A DNA stretch of 64,000 nt from Chiloscyllium plagiosum (taxonomy: Eukaryota). Below the pieces are notes generated by a model. It worked only from the letters and a program-made list of their open reading frames with translations, did no database searches and had not been told where the DNA came from. The stretch lies in assembly GCF_004010195.1 (NCBI RefSeq), contig NC_057719.1, forward strand, positions 39,546,252 to 39,610,251. Reading direction: 5' to 3'. Shown piece by piece: positions 14,601 through 29,600 of this stretch (position 1 is its first letter; each line of letters begins with the position of its first letter). The position numbers were made by a program, and so were the translations under genes.

Positions 14601-17600
14601 CATCCGCTTCTACTACATCTTCCACTTCTGCCCGATTGCGACATCAGAAGTCAATGTCCATGTCAGGCTCAGGGTATGCTACCAAGATGATGCCTACAAT
14701 AGACAATGAAGCAGATTACTTCCGGCCTAAGTAAGCAAAGGAGGATAATTCTCTAAATCAATGTGCTGATATTTTCTTTCTTGTTCTATTTTTATTTAAC
14801 TTCTCTATGTATGTTCTGAAATCTGTAAACAATTGCACAGATTTAGTTGCAACCTGGTTTAGTGCCTATATTTACTCAATCTTGAAATATCTACTTAACA
14901 TTGGTTTGCACTTAAGTTGCAAATTGTTTCAAGCTTCACTGAATAATTTGAACTAATTCATCAGCTTCAGAAGCAAATAAGAAATCTGAATTAACTTTGT
15001 TATTAAGGTTGCAAAGCAGAAATTATATTTTTTAATCCATTTACTCGATGTGGGCTTTGCAGGCTAGACCAGCATTTATTGCCCATTATTAATTATCTTT
15101 AAGAAGGTGATTACTATTCATTAGGACCACAGTTTTTAAATATCATAGGATAATGCTTAAGATGGTGATAGTTAAAATGGGGATTGAGGCCAAACAGCCT
15201 CTTTCTGCATCATAAAAATTCTGAGTGACTGGTTCTCTCTTAGCTCTTAATCTGAGGGAGCTATCCCAGTGTTTTCAGTTATGAGCAGTTCACAAAAGTT
15301 ATAATGTTATGTTGTCTTTTTCTAGATTTATTTAATTTCATATACCATTCTGGCCATCTGAAGTGAATTTGGGTGATTGTGAAATAGGTTTCCAATCTAA
15401 TACGTTTCACACATCTGTTATTCTAGTCAAATTCAGTAAATAGAAACGCATTCAGTAATTTATATTGTTCGTGCATACTTTCCAGGGATACATATCTTTA
15501 TGCAATTGTGAATTTGATTTTGCAGTTTGATATTTACACAAAATAATTTGGTCAATACATTTCGGCTTGCACTCATCAGGATGGTTCGCAAGAAGTACCA
15601 AAGGGGAAACAGTGTTTATGCTGTGGGAGTGGAGAGTGCTGATTGGTTAGTAAGTGGACGCTGATTAGTAGACGTATTACCATCGAGAAGGCACCAGTGG
15701 ATGACTCCGTGTTAACTGTCAAACCTTAAGTTTTCAAACAGGCTAGTTTACTCTGACTGGCCAAATCATTACACTAATAAACAAACCAGAGAATGATTGT
15801 CACTTCTTTTCTTGAGTTGAAACAGATGCGGTGTGTGTGCAAGTTCTTTCTGTCAAAGTCACAGACTTAGTCATAGAGTCATACCGCATAGAAACAGACC
15901 CTTCGGTCCAACCAGTCCATGCCGACCATAATCCCAAACTAAACTAGTCCCGCCTACCTGTGCTTGGTCCAGATCCCTCCAAACATTTCTTATTCATATA
16001 CTTATCTAAATGTCTTTTAAACATTTTATCTGTACCTTCATAGTCCACTTCCTCTGGAAGTTCATTCCACACACAAACCACACAGTTTTAAAAAAAAAAG
16101 CTTGTGACTTTTCCAAATCTTTCTCCTCTCATCTTAAAAATTTGTTCCCAGTCTTGAAACGCTCCCACCCTAGGGAAAAGACACCTGTCATTCACCTTAT
16201 TTATGCCCTCATTATTTTATAAATCTCTATAAGCTCACCTCTCAACCTCCTATGTTCCAGTCAAAAAGGTCTGAGCCTATCCAGCTTTTCTTTATAACTC
16301 AAACCTTCCATCCCCAGCAACATCGTGGTAAATCTCTTTTCAATCCTCTGCAGTTTAAATAATATCCTTCCTATAATAGGGAGACCAGAACTGGACACAC
16401 TCTACAAAGAGTTATCTGTCATCATACATATTTTCCAGTACACACTCTGTGAACCTGAGTGACAATCAAGAATTTGTTGTCAGCATAGTCCCTTTCCCAC
16501 ACAATAATTTTTAGTTTGCTTTCAAGTAAGGCTGTCTGGTCAGGTTGAGCGACAGGACCAGTGGGTATAAATTTGGACCCATCATTGCTGGACTTCCGTA
16601 AGAGCAATGAGCTGCAGGATGATACGTTAGATGCAATAGGGTTCACCCTCATGGCTCAATGCAACCGTATGAGTATGGGCTGCCCAAGATTATTAAGGTG
16701 ATGTACCTTTATACCCTATATTATTTATGACTGGTTCTGCACAGCATGAACTGGCCCAATGGTTAGGTTATTTGCTACAACCAGATTTGATCAAGTTTTC
16801 CACATGCCTGGTTAAGAATTCTTTCACATTTTCAAAGATCATGCTGGACTTGCATTCTGATAGCAAAGCAAGAGGGTCTGTGGGTATTCGATATGGTTAG
16901 CCTTGTCACCAACATATTCAAGGATGCCATATGTATTTGCATTGCAGAAACATATAGATCCGTCACCATTGTGTGAATCAGTAAACATTGAATTTATGAA
17001 TTCAACCTGCCTTGTTGGGTTCCGTTTTAGCAACGCTACATGTGCCTAAATAGATAATTTTCCATGAGATGCCTGGTAGGCCCAGATCTCATAAGTGTTT
17101 TTATTGGATTCCGTGAGAAATATATCTTTGATGGAATGATAGCTAACCCACGACCACTTTCGTATTTCCAATTTGTAGGTGTTATGTTTGCTATGTTTGA
17201 AACTGTAGCTGCAAGTAAGAACTTCCTTACGTGTCTTAATGGTTCCATCTTGCATTCCAACTTACATTTGAAATGGAGCAGACACATTTGCTCCCTTTTC
17301 TTGATGCTCTAGTTGAGAAATCAGCCATGGGGTTCTCTACTACTGTTTCCTGCAAACCTATCTTCACTGGTCAGTATATGCATTCGGCTTCCTACAATTC
17401 CAGGGCAACCTCATAACTAGGGCCCAAGCCATTTATTCAATTATGCAAGTTTGATGCTGAAATAGTGCATCAAAGTCATCCTGTGCAGATCATTCTCACT
17501 AAATAACACAAATTCCTGAGGACAATTAATTTGGTTCCTGAAAAGTGTCCTGTCTATCTCAGAAGTTTGAGCAGTCGATGGAGCTAGCTTTTCATGATGC

Positions 17601-20600
17601 GACTATGAGTAGCAACACAAGTGGTATTCACCCCCAACAGGATGCTGCCATAAAGACATTCTGCCTTCTACAAAGGAATAGTATGGTATATGAATTTTGA
17701 TGCTATTGTGGTGCAGGGTAGTTAGGTCATATGTCCCAAAAATTGGTGGTTGGTCATATCAAACACTATCCCTTCAGCTATTTGCAAGAAATAAAGTACC
17801 CAACCAGCCTGAGCTTATAAAACTCATAATGCAGTGTCCAACATTAGATGTAATTCTGCGATTCAACAACATTTGCTAAATAAGCCTCAGTGTGAGAAGA
17901 ATTAGATGGACAACTGATTTAGGGTTGTTAGTCAGGCATACAGTATTGCACACTTGTGTGCTCAGGAAACAACATTTGCAGGGCCCTGTTCTTTTCAGGC
18001 AGAAAGAAAATGTTCTTATCTTGCACTTGTTTCAATTCAATAAAGTAGATCCCAACCAATCTCTGGTTGATTTCTCATGTATGTCAATTGAAAGCTTTAT
18101 TTCATTAGAAAGAACTTATGAGACCAGGTGGTCTTTTGAGACTATTTTTAATGCCCAATATGTATGCAATAATATTAGAGCTTCAGTATTTATAAAAGAT
18201 ACTTTATTACTTTTCCAGTAATTGTTATATTCTTCTAATGCCTTGACCAATTAGCGTCAATCTTTCTGATTTAAAAATAAAACAAGGTTTGGCTGTTAAA
18301 TGTCAGTGGTCACTAACTAGTGCATTCTCCATGGCAACACCTCTACCAATTGGAGTCTACTTACCAGCCAAACAGTGCTACTTTATTCTATTCTATCAGT
18401 GTTGCTTTCCCTTTACTTTGGTGTTTCTTGTACCTTTTCCTGATGAGTGCAAGACAAAATGCTTTTTTTTTTAAACACTAAAGTCCTGTTCTACTGAACA
18501 ACTATTATTGTTACTTGGTATTTTTCTCACCCAAGTCAAATTTTCAACAATAGACAGTTTTCTTTATTAAGTTGTTTCGGTGAGTAGTTTTTCTGATGTT
18601 AGTTGATAATATTTTATTTCTCTAGAAAGAAATTTTGAGAACTGGTAGTCTACTCAGGAATATTTTTAATGTCCAATATGTTTTGCTACTACTTAATTAC
18701 ATACAAGTAACAGGTTTTTTTTAAAAACTGTATGCATTCTTGTAGCACTGCTCCAGGTCAGAGGACACCTGTGACCTCCACCCATAGTATCAGCAGCACA
18801 ACCACTCCTGACCGCCTGCGTTTCCCCAGAGGAACTGCCAGTCGCAGCACTTTCCATGGTGGCCAGCTTAGAGAACGACGAAATGCAACGTATAATGGAC
18901 CACCTGCATCTCCAACACTGTCTCACGATGCCACTCCCCTATCCCAAGCACGAAGCCGAGGTTCTACAAACCTCTTTAGTAAACTAACCTCAAAGCTCAC
19001 AAGAAGGTGAGTGTAATTGTAGGCTTTTGAATAAAGTTGCAAGGTGGTAACTTACATAAAACATATAGAGGTATATTTGACAATGATAGAGCTTGTAAAA
19101 ATATTTAACAGGCATCCATTCCAGTGATTGTATACTTGACAAATTTAGGTTGACGTTTTAATCATAACTTGAGCCTGAGCATACTACTGAATAGTAGTGA
19201 AAAATAATTATTACTGGTGTCACTCAAATATTGTCCCGTTAGGTTTATATTCTGGTTGGTTGAATTTGCTCATTTTCCAGAATTACCTATTGCACAATAT
19301 TGTTAGCATTAAACCTAAAACTTGCGATTTAATTTTTTTTAATGTCCTCAGTATTTCACACATTATCAGTGAATTGTGTTTCAAGTGTGGTCACCACTCT
19401 CATGTAGTTAATAGTGCAATCAGTTTGTGCAAAGAAATATTCTACATGCAACAATGAAAAAAAACATAGGAAGTAAGGCAGGAGTAAGATATTTAGTCCC
19501 TTGAACCTGGTCCATTAACATGATAGTTGATCTGATGTGACCTTAATTACTTTCCTCCCTGTCCCAATGTGACTGCAGATTCTGAGCAATCCTGTCTATC
19601 CATATGATCCAGCTCAGCCATATCAGCAGTAAGTTTTTGCAAATTAAATAGCTTTGGCTCAGTTATGAGCTAGACGCTGAGTTGCAGACACTGCTGCGTC
19701 AGAGACAAAGAAAGTTACATAGATACTTTGTTCCGGACTCCAACCACAAACCTTAAGATAGCATTTTCTTATTGGTCAAGAACAGGTGGGTGGACAGTTG
19801 TGAGTGAGGCAAGTATGAGGGTCGATAGGCAGCAGTGGATGAGCTTCAGCCTTTGCAATCTTTTTTGGTTGTAAGGACTTCAAGCCTAATATGTGGATGA
19901 AAGCAAGCTCTGCAACACAGATGATCAGACTGACTAAGACACCACAGTGCAGTATGCCATTCAAACAGGGCAAATTAATAGGGATGAAATGCTAGGAGGG
20001 AGCAGTGTAGTCAAGGGGATGAAACATTTCTGGAGTCATAAAGATTGAGGCTTCCTGCCTGAACTGCCCTCTCAGGCATAAGGACATATGCATCTATGAA
20101 CAAGAGTCCAAATGTCTGTGTTGCCAGCCTGATGCCAGGGCTTGGCACGTCTGCTGGCAGCTGAAGGGGCAGGATCCAGTTAGATACAAAAGACATAGAC
20201 CTAGGAGGAAGGTGTGCTGAATGAATATTAACAGCTAGTTGCTAAATTAAAAAACATTGTCTCAATGGTAATATCTCAGGATTACTACCACAGCCACTAA
20301 CAAATTGGTATAGGATAAATAACGTTAGAGGGTGAAATGGATGGCTGCAAGGTTGGTATGGGAGAAATTAGAGAATGAGGGCAAGCTAGTTAAAAAAATA
20401 TAAAAATAGACATTAAGAGTTTCTGCAAGTACTTAAAAGGGAAATATTAAATAAAGTGAACATAAAAAAAGTGGTTGCTGAGATTGTAGATACATTGGTT
20501 TTATTTTCCAGAATGCCTGGATTCTGGAAAGATCCCATTAAATTAGGAAGTAGTGAATGTGATTCAAGAAAGGAGGGGTATAGAAAGCTGGAAATTACAA

Positions 20601-23600
20601 GCTGGTTAGCTTCACATTTGACATAAGGATATCCATTGTTAAAGAGGCTAGAGCATGGCACTTAAATCTGAATGCAATCTAGCAGGATTGCAATCTATCA
20701 TCATGTGAAAGATCAATCATGTTTAATTTACTAGAGCTGTGAGTAACTTGGATAAAATATTGGTTAGCTAACAGGAAATGAGAAGTAGGAAAAAATGGGT
20801 CATTTTCAGGTGTGATGAGTAGACTGCCACAGGGATCTGTGCTAGTGCCTCAACTAACTATAATTCATTTCAGTAGTGAAAGGATCCAATGTACAATTGC
20901 TAAATTCGTGATGATTCAAAAGTGGATACTAAAGTATGTTGTGAAAAGGACATAGAAGGACTTTGTGATACAGTATATTTAGATTAAGTGGGCAAAAATT
21001 GGCAGATGTAATAAAATGTCTACTTTCACAAGAATAATTAAAATATATTATTTCAGTAACACTATATTGCAGAACTAGGGCATTTGGGTTGAACTGGGTG
21101 TCTGGTGCATGAATCACAGAAATTTTAGAATGCAGGTATAGCAAGTGATAAAGGCAAATGACAAGTTGTTATTTAATGTGAAGGGGTGAAGTATAAAAAT
21201 AGAGTTTTGGTTATGGTCAGAAAGGCTAGAGTCCCCCTCCCCACCCCTCTCTGCCTTCCACAAGGACTGTTCCCTTCAACAGTCCTAGGTTTGTGCCACT
21301 CTTCCCATCAACCTCCAAATCCCTAGGTACCTTCCTCTACAACTGGAAAAAATGCAAAACCTGCCAACACACCATCCCCGTCGCCTCCATCCAGGGCCCC
21401 AAACAGTCTTTACAGGTGAGACAGAGATTCACCTGCCTCTCCTCCAACCTAGTTTACTGTATCAGGTGCTCCCGATGTAGTCTGCTCCACATCGGGGAGA
21501 CCGACCATAAACTTAGTTAGTGCTTCACCGAGCATCGCAGCCAGGTCCACAGGGGCAGACTAGACCTCCCAGTCACCACCCATTTCAATTCCCCTTCCCA
21601 CTCCCTTTCCGACATGACCATCCTTGGCCTCCTCCATTGCAAACTGCAGATTGGAGGAACAAGACCTCATCTTCCGTCTGGGCAGCCTACAGCCCAGAGG
21701 ACTCAACATTGAGTTCTCCAATTTCAAATAACCTCCTGTCCGGATGTAGGTTTGCTCGCTGAGCTGGAAGGTTCGTTTTCAAAACTCGCTAACCTCCCTT
21801 CTCTCCCCCCAACTCCCTTCCCTGCCCCTCCCTCTCCCTTCCACTCCTCCCAGCCACCCTACTGGATTCATTCCTCCCATTGACCAACCAGATCGTACCT
21901 TCACCTATCCCCACTCACCACCCTGTCCTGCCACCCCTTTTATCTGCACCTCCCCTTACACCCACCCCCGAGTCCTGAAGAAGGGTTACACCCGAAACGT
22001 TGACTTCACCTCCTGATACTGTCTGACTTGCTGTGTTCTTGATGGACCGAATGGCCTACTCCTGCTCTGATATATTATGATCCCAGAAAAGTTACTAAGT
22101 TGATTTCAGGTATGGAAGAATTTTTACTGGAGGCAAGGTTGAGTAGGCTGGTCTTGTGCCCATTGCAGTTTAGAAGAATGAGAGGAGATCTTATTGAAAT
22201 ATATACCGCTATGAGGGGACTTGACAGGATCACTGCAGAGATGTTGTTTCCCCTTATGGATCATATAGCAAAATTCGGATTAGTCATTATCTCATTGAAT
22301 TGCAAGGCAGTATTGATGGGTAGAATGGCCTACTTCTGCTCCGACATTGTATGGTTTTATACATCCTTTTTTTAAATACTGGAACAAACTGGTGGGTGGC
22401 ATCATGACTCAGTGTTTAGCACAGTTGCTTCACAGTGCCGGGGCCCAGGTTCGATTCCACCCTTGGGCGACTGTCTGTGTTGAGTTTGCATGTTCACCTC
22501 TAGTCTGATGGGTTTCCGCTGAGTGCTCTGGTTTTTTCCCACAGTCCAAAGATGTGCAAGTTAGGTGAATTGGCCAGGCTAAATTACCCATAGTGCTCAG
22601 AGATGTGCAGGTTAGGTGTGTTAGTCATGGAATAGGGTATGGGCAATGGGTCTGGGTGGGATGCTCTTTGGAGAGTCAAAGAACACAGAAAATTTGCAGC
22701 CCAGGAACAGGTAATTCGGCCTTCCAAGCCTGAGCCGATCCAAATCTACTGTCTAAACCTGTCGCCCAACTCCTAAGCGTCTGTATCCCTCTGCTTCCCA
22801 CCTACCCATGTATCGGTCCAGATGCATCTTAACTGAATCTACCGTGCCCATCTCTACCACCTCTGCTGGAAATTCATTCCAGACACCCATCACTCTCTGT
22901 GTAAAGTACTTGTCATGTGTATTCCCCCTTAAACTTTTCACCTTTCACCTGAAAGCGTGACCTCGCGTGTCCTTAAGTCGGTGTGGACTCATTGGGCTGA
23001 ATGGCCTGTTTCCACACTGTAGGGATTCTATATTTTAAAAAAAGTACATAATATTTCAGATGTTGCCTCAACAACACTTATCTAACTATAAACTCCAATC
23101 CATTTTCAATAAAGATCGAAATTCCATTTGCCGCCTTAATTAGCTGCTGGACCTATGTGCGAGCATTTTGTGTTTCATGCACAGAAATACCCAGATGTCT
23201 CTGAACTGCACATTTTGAGTCTCCATTTAAATAATAATCTGCTTTTCTTTCTCTCTCTCTCTCTCTCTCTCTCGCTCCACTAAAGTAACAGTTTGCCATC
23301 AAAACGTGTAACCTCACTTTCCTACACTAAACTCCATCTGCCAGGTTTTTGCCCGCTCACTGAACCAATCTCTGCATTGTTGCAGATTCCTTAAGACCAC
23401 CTCATAACATGTCTCCCACATACTTTTGTATTCTTAGCAAATTTGGATACATTATGCTCTAACCATTCCTCCAAGTCATTAATATAGATAGTAAATAGTT
23501 GAGGCCCTAGGACATCATCCTGTGGTACTTGTTACTTCTTTCCAATCTGAAAAACACCCATTAATCCCAACTCTGTCTTCTGCATGTTAAGCAGTCCTCA

Positions 23601-26600
23601 ATCCATGCTAACACATTACCCCTAATATCATGGGCAATAGCCTTCCATGGGTGTCTTATTGAATGCTTACGAAAAATCCAAATAAACCAAATCTGATTCA
23701 TCTTTATGAACTCTGCTTTTATATCCTCAAAGAACTCTAACAAATTTGTCAAACATGTTTTCCCTTTCACAAAACCACATTGACTGTGTTTAGCTTTTCT
23801 AAATGTCCTACTATTTCTTCTTTAACAATAGACTCCAGTATTTCCAAAGCACAGATGTAGACCCTTGACTGTCTTGAAATCAAAATTCTGCTTAACTCAC
23901 CTTGATTCAATAACCCTGTTTCCACTACTGGAGGACTGAATTCCAAACACTAGCTGTATCCACCAATGCATTCAGACCTAACCTGCTCAACCTTGTCTCT
24001 TAAAACAATCTTTTCATCTCCAGAATTAGCAACATACATTAGCTGTCAGTGATCTTACCAGTGCCTTCTACACTTATAGCAAGACTCGCCAAGACTTTCC
24101 AATACTTCATCCCCTTTTACAATAAATACCAACAATCTATTTGATTTCTTAAATGCTTAGGGTCATACAGTACGGAAACAGACCCTTCGGTCTAACCGTG
24201 CTTGCCGACCATAATCCCAACTAAACTAAAACTACCTGCTTGGGCAAGGGTCCATTTCCCTCCAAACATTTCTTATTCGTATACTTATCCAAACATCCTT
24301 TAAACATTGTGACTGTATCTGCATCCACCACTTCTTTGGAAGTTAATTCCACTGACTGTGTAAAGAAAAATCAGCTCTCGTCTTTTTAACATCTTTCTCC
24401 TCTCACATTAAAAAATGACCCCTGGTCTTGAACTCCCACACCCTAGGGAAAAGAGACCGCCATTCACCTTATCTATATCCTTCGTTATTTTATAAACGTC
24501 TATAAGGTCATCCCTCAACCTCCTACGTTCCAATGGAAAAGGCCCCAGCTTATCCTACTTGCTGCATCCGTATTCTGACCTTTGTAATTCTGACCGCACC
24601 ATCTGCAGTCTCCCCCCATTTAAGTAATATTCTACTCTTCTACGCTTCCTGCTAACATGGGAAACATCACACTTTCCCCATTATCTGCTAAATGTTTGCC
24701 TGCCTACTTAACTATTGTATCCTCTTGCAGACTGTTTGTGTACTTCTCATAATTTGCTTTCTGCCCTGTCTTCATATCATCAGGAAATTTATGGAGACGA
24801 TGCCATGGTGGTAATTTCACTGGATTAGTAATTCAGAGGCACAGGCTAATGCTATGACTAAGTCTGGAATATAAAGCTAGACTCTGAAATGATGACCATA
24901 TCATAAAAACTCATCTGGTTCACTCTTATCCTTTCCGGAAAGAAATTGATTGTCCTTACCTAATCTGGCCTAATGTGACTTCAGATACTTCAATTTGGTT
25001 GATTTTTGCATGTCTTTCAAATGCCTATAGCAAGTTACTCATCCCATGAGCGAATAAAGAAATGGCTACAATAGTCAGTTTCATAATCGTCATTGTAAAT
25101 AATTGAAAGCCCAGCGCAGGTTTGTTTAGCGCAGTTGGCTGGACAGCTAGTTTGCGGTAGAGAGTTATGCCAATAGCATGGGTTCAATTCCCAGTATGGC
25201 TGACATTGTCATGAAGGACTGTCCTCCTCAACCTCTCTCCTCACCTGAGGCACAGTTACTCTGAGGTTAAACCACCACCCAGTTGTCTCTGTCTCTAATA
25301 AGAGAGCAGCTGTATGATCTGATAAGTCAATGGCAATTTTACCTTTTATCCTTCCACTAGTTACAGATGGCTCATTTATCCCCACTCTCTGTTCCTGTTC
25401 ATTAGCCAGTCATTTATCCATGCTATATATCACCCTCAACACCATTAGCTTCTCAAATACCTTTTTGAAATGTGAATGCACTAAATTTGCTGGGTCTCCT
25501 TTATTCGCCCTGTTTGTTACACTCAAAGTACTCTAATAAACCTTTCACAAAATCATGTTGATTCTGCCTAACTATATTTTGATTTTCTATATATCCTATG
25601 CTACCTCTTTAATAATGGATTCTATCATTGTCGCGACAGATGATGAACCAACTAGTTTCTTGCTTTCTATTTTACTCTTTTCAGAAATAGAATAGTTTCC
25701 TTTTGTGATTTCCAACGTGCTGGGACCTTTGAAGAATGTAGGGAATTTTGGAAGGTTACAACTAATACTTCCGTTATCTATTTAACCAATTACTTTAATA
25801 TTCTAGGATAAAGGCTCCCAGCTCCAAAGGACTTGTTAGCCATAAGTCCCATTATTATTAGTATTACTTTATCTCTAGTATATCGTTAGTTCCAAGTTCC
25901 TCCCTCAATTTTGCTTCTTGATTTAATCAATTCTTTGACCATTTTATGACTCTCACTGTAAAGATACATATAAACTACTTGTTCAAGATGTATGCTATTT
26001 CCTTTGTTTCCCATTATTAATTCTCCAGCCTTTCCCCATGGAACAAATGCTCTTGTTTGCTAATAGTTGTTATTTTCCTTTTTGAATGGTTGTATAAGTT
26101 TACTGACCATGGTTTTTATTTATTGCTAGTTTTCTCTTATACTCCAACTTCTTCCTCTATTAATTTTTGATCATCTTTTGATGTTTATAAAATATTTACA
26201 AATCATCTGCCCCACCACTAATCATTGCAGAACTGTACACCACTTTCAATTTTATATCTCCCATAACTTCCTTAGTTAGCCATAGATTTTGAAGCCTTCC
26301 AGTATGCTTTTCTTCCTCAATAGCATATATCTTTACTGAGATTTCAATGTCTGCCACTGTCTTGGATTTTTTTTAACCTATTTACCCATTCTGCTTCAGA
26401 CCTTGTAATTGCCTTTATTTACGTTTAATTATGAACAAACATTTCTCTCACACAAACAATGTAAAATTCTATCATGTTATATTTACTCCAGCCTAAACGA
26501 TACTTTGCTTTAAGGTCCTTCATTCACGTTGATTCTTTATACATCATTAGATCCAAAATAGTCTGGTACTGGTCGGTTCCAGACCATATTGTAGGAAAAA

Positions 26601-29600
26601 ACGGTCCTGAAGACACACTATGAGCCTATCCTCTAGTCCAAACAATGTGAAGGCTTAAAGTCACCCACTTTAGGGCACTTTTCATCCAAGCCCCAGTTGT
26701 TTCTTGATGTTAATCTTGTCCTATTGTGTTGCTAATACTAGTGGGCATAAAACAACTCTCACCAATGACTTATTTCCTTTGTTGTTTTGTATCTCCACCC
26801 AAACTGATATTACGCCTTGACGTTCTGAACCAAGATTATTCTTAATAATGTCTCATCCTCTTTTAACAGAACTACCCCACCTCCTTTTCCATTCTTCCTT
26901 CCCTGCAGACAGTGGTGTAGTCATAGGTCAAGTAATCCAGAATGTCATAGGACTAGTAATGCAGAATTCCTGGTTAAAGTTTTGAATATCACAATGACAA
27001 GTGGTGAAATTTGAATTTAATAAAACAATCTGAAATAAAATGCTACTCATGTAGCACTGTCAGTTGCAATTTAAAAAACCCATCTAGTTCAACTTAGATT
27101 GTCTAGGGAAGAAAATACACCATCCATATCTGGCCTGCTCTACAATTTTATTCAATTGTGGGACATTGGTGTGAGAGCAGCCTCCTTGAACTACGTGACT
27201 CCAGCCCAGCACAATGTGGTTCACTCTTTACTGCCCTCTGAGTAATTAAGGATGATCAATAAATACTGGCCTAGCCAGAGATGCAAAATGATTTTTTTAA
27301 AATGTCAAATACGCTTTAATATTCAACTCCAGTCTTGTCAACCACGTCTTTGTAATGAGTTTTTAATATCATGCTCATTTATTTCTATTTGTGTTAAGAA
27401 TTCATTCATCCAATTATGAATGCTATGAGCAAGTAAGATACACAGCTTCAACTGCTTCTGCTTCCTCCTCTGCTGTGCACACTTATGTTTCTGTGCTCTC
27501 AACTTTCCTGTCAGACTCTACTTATCCTGCACTATTCCCTTGTATTTTCCCTTTAGCCTTTCAAATCTCCCCTTCACATGACACTTTGTCGCCATACTTT
27601 AATTGAACGCATTCTCACCTGAGATAATTATTCTATTTTTGATGTTGGTGATTGAAGAATAACTGTATGCTAAAATTTCAGAGAAGCTACCCTACATTAT
27701 AGGTTTTGGTTCAAAGTTTCCTCATAAGATGGGAATTTGTGACATTACAGCTTTCTTTCAGTACTGCACTGAAGTGTCAATTTAGGCATTGTGTATTCAA
27801 ATTCCTTGACCTGGACCTTTTAACCCCACAACCATCTGAGTCAGAAGCAGGAGTAGCACCACTGGATTAAGCTAATACTGTGTCAAGTTGCTGGTTAGGT
27901 GCAGTTAGTTTCATAATGATTTTTATTATTTCAGAACAAACTAGTTGTGTATGTCTGTAATTATTTTTGCACCTCAAGATGTGCATTATGGCCACTATTA
28001 TAATGTTTTGTTGCATTGCTGTAAACTTTAAAAACCATAATAACTTGATTGGGTGATTTGACAAATATTTTTCAAGCTCTATTGTACTATGGTTTATAGG
28101 TACTCTAGTCTTTGAATATGTTTGTATGTGCTCAGGCCTAAGTACAAAATAAGCTGCTTTTGAATTCCAATTTTTTTAACTCCTATTAATCATTTTTTGT
28201 ACCTTTGAATTAATCATGAGCAAATACAATCTCAGTTTCCATTATTATGCAATAAAGCTTTCTTGACAGGAAACCAGTGTAAGCAGGCATACGTTTAAGT
28301 TAGAAAAACAAGATAAATACCCCCTGAATCATAGTGAAGTATTCTTAACTGTCCAACGAAAATAAGATTCAGAAGTAGATATTCTGCCTGGTGATATAAC
28401 TCAACATAGAATAAATAAAACAAAATGATTTGGAGAAAATCAAAGCTATACTGGAGGTTACTTTGAATATTCTCTTTGTTGGGATGAGTTACTTTGTATT
28501 ACATTTTTAGCTATCTTCCAAGGTGACATTTATAAAATAGAAGTTGCAAGAAACTATTTATGACTGATGCATGTAATCTTGGAGGACTTCCAGCAGAAAA
28601 TTTGCACAATATGAAAATAGGTCTACTCTGTTGGGTTTTAATTAATGTGTCCATATGATTGTGGGTATATTTGAACTGTTGCATCTTTCACCTGTCACAG
28701 TTATCGAGTCATATTACATGCCACAAATTTGATCTGAGTTATTTATGGTCAAGAAATATATCTTAACAAATAGAATTGAACTGGTCCTGACTGGTCTGTT
28801 GGGTCAGTCAGAAATTTCTTTGTGACTGGACTCAGAATTTCAGCTGTAGCGAGGCCTCGTGCGCATTGTCATTTTGCTATGTCCTCTCCTCATACATCTT
28901 TCTTATCAGTACTGTGTGACAGCCATCAAACATGCAATTTTTTTGTATAACATATATGGGCTTTATTTACATTTTTTGCTTCTCATTTTTTTTTTAATTT
29001 AGAAACATGTCTTTCAGGTTTTCCAAAAGGTAGGATTTAAAATATAATTGGTTTGATCTGCAATATTACCAGAAACCTGGTTTCACAACCTTGATAACTC
29101 AATGACTTCCTGCTTATATAAAAAGGTTACCCATGGCTTACCTGGGAGATTGTATACTATTAAACCATTAATGATGATGGGAAGTGTTCTAATCTGGTTG
29201 TTTTAAACATATATACAGCTGTGCATGCTAACTACTTACTGTCATGTCAGATTCATTGCGATTAACCAAATTTTGATGGGATCATTTCATTATCTTACTA
29301 ATACACCAAGCATGATTGGGGTGTATGTTAAAGTTTCCTTAGTTGGAAAAAAAGCATGCTATAAAGCAACTATAAACTTTGAAAATAGCATTTGTTATGT
29401 AAAATGTGTTGGGCTGGGGAAGCAAATTCCCTGATTGCAGTTCTCTTGCTAGAAGTATGATTTAGGATTCAAATAGTGCGGAACAATTTGGATTTCTGTG
29501 GCAAGTGGCATAATGCTTTCTTCCAAATATCTTTTTCAGAATAGAGCTGATTTGCCATATCTTATGGAAAAGATTTTTATATTAGATGAAGGAACTTTTC

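Noticed and set aside
23248..23273. (CT)n microsatellite
   Set aside because: Ordinary simple repeat.
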